Shown in pieces: positions 1 to 7,202 of a stretch of DNA of 20,071 nt. Both the position numbers and the translations under genes were made by a program. The DNA comes from Candidatus Eiseniibacteriota bacterium. GTDB lineage: Bacteria > Eisenbacteria > RBG-16-71-46 > CAZEPH01. Below the pieces are notes generated by a model, which was not told the DNA's origin, ran no database searches, and worked only from the letters and a program-made list of their open reading frames with translations. The first letter of the stretch is position 1. Each line of letters starts with the position of its first letter. The stretch lies in NCBI GenBank assembly GCA_044229145.1, contig JBGATO010000064.1:1-20071 (forward strand), given 5' to 3'.

Positions 1-1
1 G

Positions 2-304
2 GATCTCGCGCAGGGCCTCACAAAGCTGATGGAAGCGGGCGCCGTGGGCGTCTATCATGCGACGAACGCGGGGGAGTGCACCTGGTTCGACCTGGCAGGT
101 GAGGCACTGCGCGTCGCCGGGCTCGGCGACACGCCGGTGCAGCGCATCGCGACGGCGGCGCTCGGCCGTCCGGCGCCGCGCCCCGCCTACAGCGTGCTCG
201 ACACCACCACCTTCGTCCGGGCGACTGGCGCGCCATTGCCGTCGTGGCAGGATGCCGTGCGGCGCTACGTCGCCTCGCGAACGGAAGGAGCGGTCACCGC
301 ATGA
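2..304 (+). CDS. rmlD: dTDP-4-dehydrorhamnose reductase, C-terminal part (5' truncated by window edge)
   Basis: Frame open from base 2 (DLAQGLTKLMEAG...). Contains the RmlD C-terminal motifs GVYHATNAGECTWFDLA, PAPRPAYSVLD and LPSWQDAV. Its TGA overlaps the next ATG (ATGA 301-304). Confidence 0.85.
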   Translation, partial: DLAQGLTKLMEAGAVGVYHATNAGECTWFDLAGEALRVAGLGDTPVQRIATAALGRPAPRPAYSVLDTTTFVRATGAPLPSWQDAVRRYVASRTEGAVTA

Positions 305-945
305 CACACGCCGACACTCCGAACACCGCCGCCGGCCTCACGCCGGGCGCGGCCGCGGCGCGCGAGGCCATCGCCGATTCGTCGGCCGTGCTCGCCGCCG
401 TCGCCCGCGATTGGGCGGCGTGGGTCGATGAAGTTGCCCTCGAACTCACGCGCCGCCTGCGCGACGGCCACAAACTCCTCACCTGCGGCAACGGCGGCAG
501 CGCCGCCGACGCACAGCACATCGTCACCGAGCTGGCGGGCATGTTCTACATCAAGGACCGCGATCCGCTCCCGGCGATGGCGCTCACCACCAACACCTCG
601 GTGCTCACCTCGGTCGGCAACGACTTCGGCTACGACGACGTGTTCGCGCGCCAGGTCGGCTCGGTGGGCGTGGCGGGCGACGTGCTGTTCGCCATCACCA
701 CCAGCGGCAAGGCGCGCAGCGTGCGCCGCGCGGTCGAGGAGGCGAAGCGTCTCGGCCTCTACGTCGTCGGCTTCACGGGCGCCAACGGCGGCGAATTCGC
801 GAACATGTGCGACACCGCCATCCTGGTGCCGTCGACCGATGTCGCGCGCATTCAAGAAGCGCACATCTGCGTCGGACACTCGATCTGCGGACTGGTGGAG
901 CGGGCGATGGCCGGATTGCCGGTGTCGGCTCGCGCCCCGCGCTGA
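301..945 (+). CDS. gmhA: D-sedoheptulose 7-phosphate isomerase (SIS domain)
   Basis: Motifs CGNGGSAADAQH, GNDFGYDDVFARQV, ITTSG and ARIQEAHICVGHSIC. Start set at ATG 301 (preceded by GGAAGGAG, ATGA coupling) rather than 244. Confidence 0.92.
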   Translation: MTHADTPNTAAGLTPGAAAAREAIADSSAVLAAVARDWAAWVDEVALELTRRLRDGHKLLTCGNGGSAADAQHIVTELAGMFYIKDRDPLPAMALTTNTSVLTSVGNDFGYDDVFARQVGSVGVAGDVLFAITTSGKARSVRRAVEEAKRLGLYVVGFTGANGGEFANMCDTAILVPSTDVARIQEAHICVGHSICGLVERAMAGLPVSARAPR

Positions 946-947
946 CC

Positions 948-1850
948 GTGCTGCGCGCGCTCGTCGAATCGCTGCGTCCGCACCAGTGGACGAAGAACGC
1001 CGTCGTCCTCGCCGGCCTGGTGTTCTCCGAGCATTTGTTCAAGGTCGAGTTCCTGGTGCGCTCGCTCATCGGCGTCGGACTGTTCTGCGCGATCTCGAGT
1101 GGCGTCTACCTGATCAACGACCTCATGGATCGCGAACGCGATCGCCTGCACCCCAAGAAGAAGCTGCGGCCGATCCCGAGCGGACGCTTGCCGCTGCCGG
1201 TGGCGACGGCGGCCGCCGTGATCCTGCTCGGCGGCGGCGTGGCGGCGGGCACCTTGCTGAGCGGCAAGTTTGCAATCGTCGCCGCGATGTACGCCCTGCT
1301 CAACCTCGCGTATTCGTTCGGCCTCAAGAACGTCGTGGTGCTCGACGTGATGCTGCTGGCGAGCGGCTTCGTGTTCCGCGCGGTGGCGGGCGTCAAAGCG
1401 CTCAACACGCTCGACCCGACGATCGCCATCTCGCCGTGGCTGCTCGTGTGCACGCTGTTCCTCGCGCTCTTCCTGGCCATCGGCAAGCGCCGCGCCGAGT
1501 TGGTGGCGCTGGCGGACGGCGCGGCGAGTCACCGCAAGTCGCTCTCGGAATACTCGCTGCCGATGCTCGACCAGATGATCGGGATCGTCACCGCCTGCGC
1601 CGTCATCTCGTACTCGACCTACACGATCTCGCCCGACACGGTGGCGAAGTTCGGCACCGCGCGGTTGGTGTACACGGTGCCGTTCGTGCTGTTTGGCATC
1701 TTCCGCTACCTCTATCTGATGACCCAGAAAGAAGGCGGCGGCAATCCCTCCGAACATTTGATCACCGACAAGCCGCTACTCGGCGCCGTGCTGGCGTACG
1801 CCGGGGCGGTGGTGGTGATTCTCTACGGCGCGCACGCCCGCGTCTTCTGA
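948..1850 (+). CDS. UbiA-family prenyltransferase, decaprenyl-phosphate phosphoribosyltransferase-like membrane protein
   Basis: Motifs LRPHQWTKN, YLINDLMDRERDRLHPKKKLRP, AYSFGLKNVVVLDV, LAIGKRRAE and GIFRYLYL, with multiple TM segments. GTG start at 948, 2 nt after the gmhA stop. Confidence 0.85.
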   Translation: MLRALVESLRPHQWTKNAVVLAGLVFSEHLFKVEFLVRSLIGVGLFCAISSGVYLINDLMDRERDRLHPKKKLRPIPSGRLPLPVATAAAVILLGGGVAAGTLLSGKFAIVAAMYALLNLAYSFGLKNVVVLDVMLLASGFVFRAVAGVKALNTLDPTIAISPWLLVCTLFLALFLAIGKRRAELVALADGAASHRKSLSEYSLPMLDQMIGIVTACAVISYSTYTISPDTVAKFGTARLVYTVPFVLFGIFRYLYLMTQKEGGGNPSEHLITDKPLLGAVLAYAGAVVVILYGAHARVF

Positions 1851-1863
1851 GCGGCCTCCGGCG

Positions 1864-2805
1864 ATGCGACTGACCGCGCGCTGCTACGCCAAGCTCAATC
1901 TCGGACTGGCGGTGTACGGTCCGCGCGCGGATGGCTTCCACGACATCGCGACGGTGTTCCAGGCGATTTCCCTCGCCGACGAGCTCGTCCTGCGTCCGGC
2001 ACCGGATGACCTGTGGCGTCTCACGATTGCGCCGGCCGATGTCCTGCCCGCTGACGACAGCAATCTGGTGCTGCGCGCGGCGCGCGCTCTCGAAGCGGCG
2101 GTCGGCGGAGGGCGGCCACGCGCCCATTTCCACCTCGTGAAGCGGGTGCCGCACGCCGCCGGGCTCGGCGGCGGCAGCAGCGACGCCGCGGCGACCTTGC
2201 GTTTGCTCGCACGCCATTGGTCGCTGTCGCGCACGGCGGCCACGCATCGACTCTTGCACGATGTCGCCGCGAGTCTCGGCTCCGACGTTCCCTTCTTTCT
2301 GCGCGGCGGCACCGCAATCGGCAGCGGCCGCGGCGAGATTCTGCAGCCGTGTACTGCGGTGCGGCGCGCGTGGTTCGTCGTTGCGGTGCCCGGCTTCGGA
2401 ATCTCGACGCGCGAGGCGTACGAGCGCGTCGATTGGCACTTGACACCCCCCGACCTCGTTAGTACGTTCGCCGCGACACTGGAGAGATGCGGCGGTGACT
2501 TATGCGCTGCATTGCACGACACGCCCAGTGGTCTGTTCAACTCGTTCGAGTCCACTCTGTTCGTGGCGTATCCGCAGCTCGCGGCCCTCACCCGGCGCTT
2601 ACGCGAGGCGGGTGCCGTCGCAGCAGCCCTGTCCGGATCAGGATCGGCGGTGTTTGCCGTCGCGGCGTCGGCCGCGGAGGCGCGACATCTCGAGAGTGCC
2701 TGCACCGCGGCGGGGCTTCGTGCTTTTCGGGCCCGTCCGGTGTCCACCGGGTCGAGCATCGAAAGGGAGGACGACGGAACTCAAGCAGTCATTCAGCAGC
2801 TGTGA
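1864..2805 (+). CDS. ispE: 4-diphosphocytidyl-2-C-methyl-D-erythritol kinase
   Basis: GHMP kinase motifs AKLNLGL...RADGFHDI, KRVPHAAGLGGGSSDAAA, LGSDVPFF and LSGSGSAVF. Confidence 0.95.
   Translation: MRLTARCYAKLNLGLAVYGPRADGFHDIATVFQAISLADELVLRPAPDDLWRLTIAPADVLPADDSNLVLRAARALEAAVGGGRPRAHFHLVKRVPHAAGLGGGSSDAAATLRLLARHWSLSRTAATHRLLHDVAASLGSDVPFFLRGGTAIGSGRGEILQPCTAVRRAWFVVAVPGFGISTREAYERVDWHLTPPDLVSTFAATLERCGGDLCAALHDTPSGLFNSFESTLFVAYPQLAALTRRLREAGAVAAALSGSGSAVFAVAASAAEARHLESACTAAGLRAFRARPVSTGSSIEREDDGTQAVIQQL
2440..2468 (+). promoter_or_regulatory. sigma70-type promoter internal to ispE
   Basis: TTGACA (2440-2445), 17-nt spacer, TACGTT (2463-2468). Perfect -35, optimal spacing and a TAnnnT -10. 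Confidence 0.6.
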
Positions 2806-2952
2806 CTATGGATGGTCCGCGATGCCCCCGGCCGGCGTGAGATCCCCCTCCGTGGCACTCGGGAGAGCACAGAATCAGCACGGGACGTGCTCGAACCACG
2901 CGCCACTTGGCCAGGGTATGCGCAAGAACTGCGACCCGAAGGTGGTACTCAC

Positions 2953-3246
2953 ATGGAAATCACAGAGGTCAGAATCTCCTTGCGCGACGATGCCAAGCTG
3001 AAGGCATTCGCGAGTCTGACATTCGACGACTGCTTCGTCATCCGGGGCCTCAAGCTGATTGAGGGGAACGCCGGCATGTTCGTGGCCATGCCGAATCGCA
3101 AGCGTCCGGATGGCACTTTCCAGGACATCGCGCACCCCATCAACCACGAGATGCGGGAACGCATCGAGCGTCGGCTGATCGAGTGTTACTGGCAAGAGGT
3201 CGAACGGGGGGCCCGCCCAAGCCCGGAATACGCCGACAACTTCTAG
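2953..3246 (+). CDS. spoVG: SpoVG family nucleic-acid-binding protein
   Basis: MEITEVRI...LKAFASLTFDDCFVIRGLKLIEG..GMFVAMP.RKRPDGTFQDIAHPIN. ATG 2953 follows an SD-like GAAGGTGG. Confidence 0.93.
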   Translation: MEITEVRISLRDDAKLKAFASLTFDDCFVIRGLKLIEGNAGMFVAMPNRKRPDGTFQDIAHPINHEMRERIERRLIECYWQEVERGARPSPEYADNF

Positions 3247-3264
3247 CGAATCTCCCCGAAATCC

Positions 3265-3293
3265 TTGACGAGCGGCGTGCGACACGGCACACT
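3265..3293 (+). promoter_or_regulatory. putative sigma70 promoter for the tRNA-like element and prs operon
   Basis: TTGACG (3265-3270), 17 nt, CACACT (3288-3293), just after the spoVG stop. Confidence 0.5.
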
Positions 3294-3470
3294 GCTCGTC
3301 TGTCTTTCCCAAGTCGGAACGCGTGGGTGCGTCCGGCGGCCGGTTCGTCCACGGACGAGCCGGAAGCGGACGCCTGGCAGCGGTAGCCGAGTTGCCAGTC
3401 CAACCTGTTTCCCAACGACGCGTTTCCGGTGATTCGACGCTCGCAGGAGCGTGGCCTGTCCTGTGTCCGT

Positions 3471-3522
3471 TGGGGCGTCGACAAGCGGTAATTCGGAGGT
3501 TCGAATCCTCCCGCCCCAACCA
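3471..3522 (+). tRNA. tRNA-Gln-derived element lacking the 3' D-strand and whole anticodon arm (52 nt; pseudo-tRNA or assembly deletion)
   Basis: Acceptor TGGGGCG/CGCCCCA (U1-A72), 5' D region TCGACAAGCGGTA joined directly to ATTC, perfect T arm GGAGG-TTCGAAT-CCTCC, encoded CCA. It sits at the usual ispE-(spoVG)-tRNA-Gln-prs position. No anticodon is present, so identity is inferred from U1-A72, sequence style and synteny. Confidence 0.8.
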
Positions 3523-3620
3523 CCCCCGTGTGAGGCGCGCCGGTCGCGCCCATCTGCGTGCGCGCGCATCGCGCCGCGGCGGGAGGCTCCGGCGGTCCGC
3601 CCCTGCGAAATGGAGGAGAG

Positions 3621-4553
3621 GTGTCCGAAGGGCTCAAGCTGATCAGCGGAACCGCTCACCCGGGCCTCGCGCGTAAGGTCTGCGATTACATCGGCGTGCC
3701 GCTCGCGGAGGCGCTGGTCACTCGCTTCGCGGACGGCGAGGTCTCGGTGGAGATCCGCGAGAACATCCGCGGCGGGGACATCTTCATCTTCCAGCCGACG
3801 TTCGCGCCGGCGGACAACCTGTTCGAACTGCTGATCATGATCGATGCGGCGCGCCGTGCGTCGTCCGGCCGCATCACCGCCGTGATCCCGTACTTCGGCT
3901 ACGCCCGGCAGGACCGCAAGGACCGGCCGCGCGTGCCGATCACCGCGAAGCTGGTGGCCAACCTCATCGTCGAGGCGGGCGCCGATCGCGTGCTTACCAT
4001 GGATCTGCACTCGCCGCAGATCCAAGGCTTCTTCGACATCCCGTTCGACCACCTCTTCGCGGCGCCGGTGCTGATCGAGTACTTCCAGCAGAAGCAGATG
4101 AGCGACCTGGTGATCGTGGCGCCCGACATCGGCAGCGTGAAGATGGCGCGGGCGTTCGCCAAGCGGCTCGGCGCCGGGCTGGCGATCGTCGACAAGCGCC
4201 GGCCGAAGCCGGACGTGACCGAGGTGGTCACGCTCATCGGCGATGTGAAGGGCAAGAACGCCGTCCTGATCGACGACGTCTGTACCACCGGCAGCACGCT
4301 GTGCCAGGCGGCCGAAGCGCTCGACGCGCAAGGCGCCCGCAGCGTGTGGGCGGGCATCACCCACGGCGTGTTCTGTGGCGACGCGTTGGTGCGCATCGAG
4401 CGCTCGCCGATCGTCGAGATCGCCGTGACCGACAGCGTGCCGCATACCGCGCAGTTGCCGGGCAAGATCCGCGTGCTCTCCGTCGCGTCGCTGTTGGGCG
4501 AGGCGGTGTTGCGCATCCACGAAGAGAAGTCGCTGTCGTCGCTGTTCGTCTAG
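3621..4553 (+). CDS. prs: ribose-phosphate pyrophosphokinase
   Basis: Motifs FADGEVSV, IPYFGYARQDRK, MDLHSPQIQGFF, APDIGSVKMAR, IVDKRR and LIDDVCTTGSTL. GTG 3621 follows GGAGGAG. Confidence 0.97.
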   Translation: MSEGLKLISGTAHPGLARKVCDYIGVPLAEALVTRFADGEVSVEIRENIRGGDIFIFQPTFAPADNLFELLIMIDAARRASSGRITAVIPYFGYARQDRKDRPRVPITAKLVANLIVEAGADRVLTMDLHSPQIQGFFDIPFDHLFAAPVLIEYFQQKQMSDLVIVAPDIGSVKMARAFAKRLGAGLAIVDKRRPKPDVTEVVTLIGDVKGKNAVLIDDVCTTGSTLCQAAEALDAQGARSVWAGITHGVFCGDALVRIERSPIVEIAVTDSVPHTAQLPGKIRVLSVASLLGEAVLRIHEEKSLSSLFV

Positions 4554-4588
4554 ACAGCGGCGTGCATCCAGGTCAGTAGGAGATCGTC

Positions 4589-5221
4589 ATGGCAATCGTC
4601 GCACTGGAAACGTCCGTGCGCACTGGCACCGGCAAGGGGCCGGCCCGTCAGGCGCGTATGGCCGGAAACGTGCCCGCTGTGCTCTACGGGTTGCACAAGG
4701 ACCCGGTGATGCTCACCGTCAACGCCAAGCAGTTCGAGACCGTGCTCTCGAAGGGCCGCGGCAACTTGATCCTCGAACTCGAATTCGGCGGCGCGAAGCA
4801 CACGTCGATCGTGCGCGAGTTGCAGCGCGAGCCGATCAGCGGCCGCGTGCTGCACGTCGACTTCCAGCGCATCTCGATGACCGAGACGATTCACCGGTCG
4901 ATTCCGGTGACCCTGGTCGGTCTGGCGATCGGCGTGAAGGACTACGGCGGCGTGCTCGACTTCCCGAACCGCGAAGTCGAGGTCGAAGGGCTGCCGACCG
5001 CGATTCCGAACAGCATCGCCGTCGACGTCTCCAACTTCATGATCGGCGACGTCGTGCACGCCAGCGACCTCAAGGCGGACGGCATCACCGTGCTGACCGA
5101 CCCGGACACCGTCATCCTGCACATCGTGCCGCCGACCACCGGTGGCGCGGCCGCCGACGCCGGCGAGGGCGCGGTGATGAAGGAGCCGGAGGTCGTGGGC
5201 AAGAAGAAGGAAGAGGAGTAG
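4589..5221 (+). CDS. rplY: 50S ribosomal protein bL25 / Ctc (long form)
   Basis: GKGPARQARMAGNVPAVLYG and LHVDFQR motifs, a C-terminal Ctc domain, SD AGGAG, and prs-rplY-pth synteny. Confidence 0.95.
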   Translation: MAIVALETSVRTGTGKGPARQARMAGNVPAVLYGLHKDPVMLTVNAKQFETVLSKGRGNLILELEFGGAKHTSIVRELQREPISGRVLHVDFQRISMTETIHRSIPVTLVGLAIGVKDYGGVLDFPNREVEVEGLPTAIPNSIAVDVSNFMIGDVVHASDLKADGITVLTDPDTVILHIVPPTTGGAAADAGEGAVMKEPEVVGKKKEEE

Positions 5222-5284
5222 TCCCCCGGTGGCCAGGCCTGCAAGGCGGCTGGCCGCTGCCGGGCCCGCGGAGGTCGCGCACAC

Positions 5285-5929
5285 GTGATCGTCATCGTGG
5301 GGCTGGGCAATCCGGGACGGAAGTACGAGGCCACCCGCCACAACATCGGCTTCCGCGTCGTCGACGCGCTGGCCGAGCGGGCGAGCGATCTGCGCCGCCA
5401 GTCGCTCGAGTGTGCCGGAGCGGTGCGCTGCACCATCGCCGGCACCGAGGTCGCGCTCGTGTGGCCGGCCACCTACATGAATCGCTCCGGCGATGCGGTG
5501 CGCGAGGCGCTCGGCGCCTTCGACGCGCGGCCGGAAGATCTGCTGGTGGTGGCCGACGATGTCTACTTGCCGCTCGGCACGCTGCGGTTCCGCGTGCAGG
5601 GCAGTGACGGAGGGCACAACGGCCTGGCGTCGGTGCTCGCGGTAGCCGGTCACAACCGGGTACCGCGGCTGCGGGTCGGCGTCGGACGGGGCGGTGCCCC
5701 GGAGGATCTCGTCGATTTCGTGCTCGGCGAGTTCACCGGGGAGGAAGCTCCTGCGGTGGAACACATCGTGGCGAAGGCCGCCGATTGCGTGGAGCTCTAC
5801 CTGCGCGGCGGCGCCGACGCGGCGATGAATGCGTTCAATGGAATCGACTTGCTCGCCCCCGCGCGTCAGGCGGATGGCGAGCCGGGCGCCGCGGACGGCG
5901 CGACGGACGCTCCGTCGACCTCGTTCTGA
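5285..5929 (+). CDS. pth: peptidyl-tRNA hydrolase
   Basis: Motifs IVGLGNPGRKYEATRHNIGF, PATYMNRSG, GSDGGHNGLAS and RLRVGVGR. SD GGAGG upstream. Confidence 0.96.
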   Translation: MIVIVGLGNPGRKYEATRHNIGFRVVDALAERASDLRRQSLECAGAVRCTIAGTEVALVWPATYMNRSGDAVREALGAFDARPEDLLVVADDVYLPLGTLRFRVQGSDGGHNGLASVLAVAGHNRVPRLRVGVGRGGAPEDLVDFVLGEFTGEEAPAVEHIVAKAADCVELYLRGGADAAMNAFNGIDLLAPARQADGEPGAADGATDAPSTSF

Positions 5930-5980
5930 CGGGCCGGCGATCGTGACAGCACACGCAACACGTTCGAGGAGGTGACAACC

Positions 5981-6328
5981 CTGAATCGCGAATACGAAAC
6001 CGTGGTCATCATCGATTCGACCGCGGATGAGGCGAAGACCACCGAGCGCATCGACAAGTTCTCGGCGATCGTCACCGCGGGTGGCGGCGAAATCCGCGAA
6101 ATCCAGAAGTGGGGCCGTCGCAAGCTCGCCTATGAGATCAACCGGCGTCGCGACGGCATCTACGTGCTCATCCGCTTCACGGCGGAGGCGTCGGTGCTCA
6201 AGGAGATCGATCACCGTCTGAAGCTCGACGAGATGATCCTCCGGCACATGACGGTGATCCAGGAGCCGGACGAGCCGGCGCCGGTGGTCGAGGAAGGCGC
6301 GACCGCCGCGGTCATCGTCGAGGGCTAA
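5981..6328 (+). CDS. rpsF: 30S ribosomal protein bS6
   Basis: Motifs REYETVVII, WGRRKLAYEI and ILRHM. The strong SD AGGAGGT (5967-5973) overlaps the ORF-finder GTG at 5972, so the likely start is CTG at 5981; GTG 5972 is the alternative. Confidence 0.93.
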   Translation: MNREYETVVIIDSTADEAKTTERIDKFSAIVTAGGGEIREIQKWGRRKLAYEINRRRDGIYVLIRFTAEASVLKEIDHRLKLDEMILRHMTVIQEPDEPAPVVEEGATAAVIVEG

Positions 6329-6355
6329 GTCGCGTCCGTCGTCGAGGGCCGGCCG

Positions 6356-6802
6356 ATGCATCCCGCGCGCGTTCCCGAGCTGAACAAGGTGCTCCTCGCG
6401 GGCCGCTTGGTCCGCGATCCGGAACTGCGCTACTCGCCGAAAGGTGTCGGGGTCGCGAGCTTCACGCTGGCGCTCAATCGCCGCATGCCGGATGCCTCCG
6501 GCGAGTGGCACGAGGAAACCACCTACGTTGCGGTCAGCGCCTTCGGGCGCACCGCCGAGGCGGTGAAGGAACACGTCGCGATGGGCAGTGCGGTGCTGGT
6601 GGAAGGCCGTCTGCACAGCCGCTCGTGGCAAGGTAAGGACGGCAAGCCGCACCGCGTTCTCGAGGTGCGCGCCGATCGCGTGCAGTTCCTCGACGCACGC
6701 GACAAGCCGGACACTGCCGGCCCAAGCGGTGCGGAACCCGCTGCGTCCTCCGAGGACGACGCCGGACCGTCGCACTACGTCGAAGGCGATCTGCCGTTCT
6801 AG
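6356..6802 (+). CDS. ssb: single-stranded DNA-binding protein
   Basis: LNKVLLAGRLVRDPELRY and VLVEGRL..RSW motifs, acidic tail ending EGDLPF, rpsF-ssb-rpsR synteny. Confidence 0.95.
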   Translation: MHPARVPELNKVLLAGRLVRDPELRYSPKGVGVASFTLALNRRMPDASGEWHEETTYVAVSAFGRTAEAVKEHVAMGSAVLVEGRLHSRSWQGKDGKPHRVLEVRADRVQFLDARDKPDTAGPSGAEPAASSEDDAGPSHYVEGDLPF

Positions 6803-6889
6803 CGAACGGCAGGCTGCCGTGTCATCCCGGCGATGCCCGCGCTTTGCGCACGAGCCGCGCCACAGGCAGAATCAGGAGAGTCCACACAG

Positions 6890-7135
6890 ATGCCGCGTGA
6901 GAAGAAGGCCGCCAAGGTCGTCAAGCGGAAGTTCTGCAAGCTGTGCCTGGAGAAGGTCAACCGCATCGACTACAAGGAAGACAAGCGGTTGGCGCGCTTC
7001 ATCACCGATCGCGGCAAGATCGTGCCGCGGCGGATCTCCGGCACCTGCGCGCGTCACCAGACGCAGATCTCGATCGCCGTCAAGCGCGCACGCATCATCG
7101 CGCTCTTGCCGTTCGTGAGCGACCAGTACCGGTAG
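6890..7135 (+). CDS. rpsR: 30S ribosomal protein bS18 (zinc-binding C+ type)
   Basis: CKLC...IDYK...[21 protein letters not shown]...[16 protein letters not shown] 6890 follows CAGGAG. Confidence 0.96.
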   Translation: MPREKKAAKVVKRKFCKLCLEKVNRIDYKEDKRLARFITDRGKIVPRRISGTCARHQTQISIAVKRARIIALLPFVSDQYR

Positions 7136-7202
7136 GACGCAAGCTCCGCCTCGCCGTGCCGGTGGTACGCGTGAGGCGTGCGGGCGGGGACGCTTCGCCA
7201 CG

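Noticed and set aside
2812..2952. N-terminal extensions given by the ORF track for spoVG (also gmhA, the UbiA gene, prs, rpsR, rplI, the porin and the flavoprotein)
   Set aside because: In each case family similarity begins at a downstream start codon, usually supported by an SD or stop-start coupling, and the extensions are low-complexity.
3311..3435. Missing tRNA middle piece supplied in split or permuted form by the leader (AAGTC at 3311, ATTC at 3432)
   Set aside because: The matches are only 4-5 nt, there is no 7-nt anticodon loop with TTG/CTG, and the order of the pieces is incompatible with circular permutation.
3471..3522. tmRNA tRNA-like domain as an explanation for the anticodon-less element
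   Set aside because: There is no G3-U70 alanine determinant, it starts with U1-A72, no tag ORF lies between the halves, and synteny points to tRNA-Gln.
4550..6775. 741-aa minus-strand ORF (likewise 8730-11171, 3243-4520, 11066-12562 and 15814-17529 on the minus strand, and 18509-19927 in an alternative frame)
   Set aside because: Shadow ORFs overlapping well-supported genes. They are expected in high-GC DNA with biased codon use, are Arg/Ala-rich and carry no recognisable motifs.
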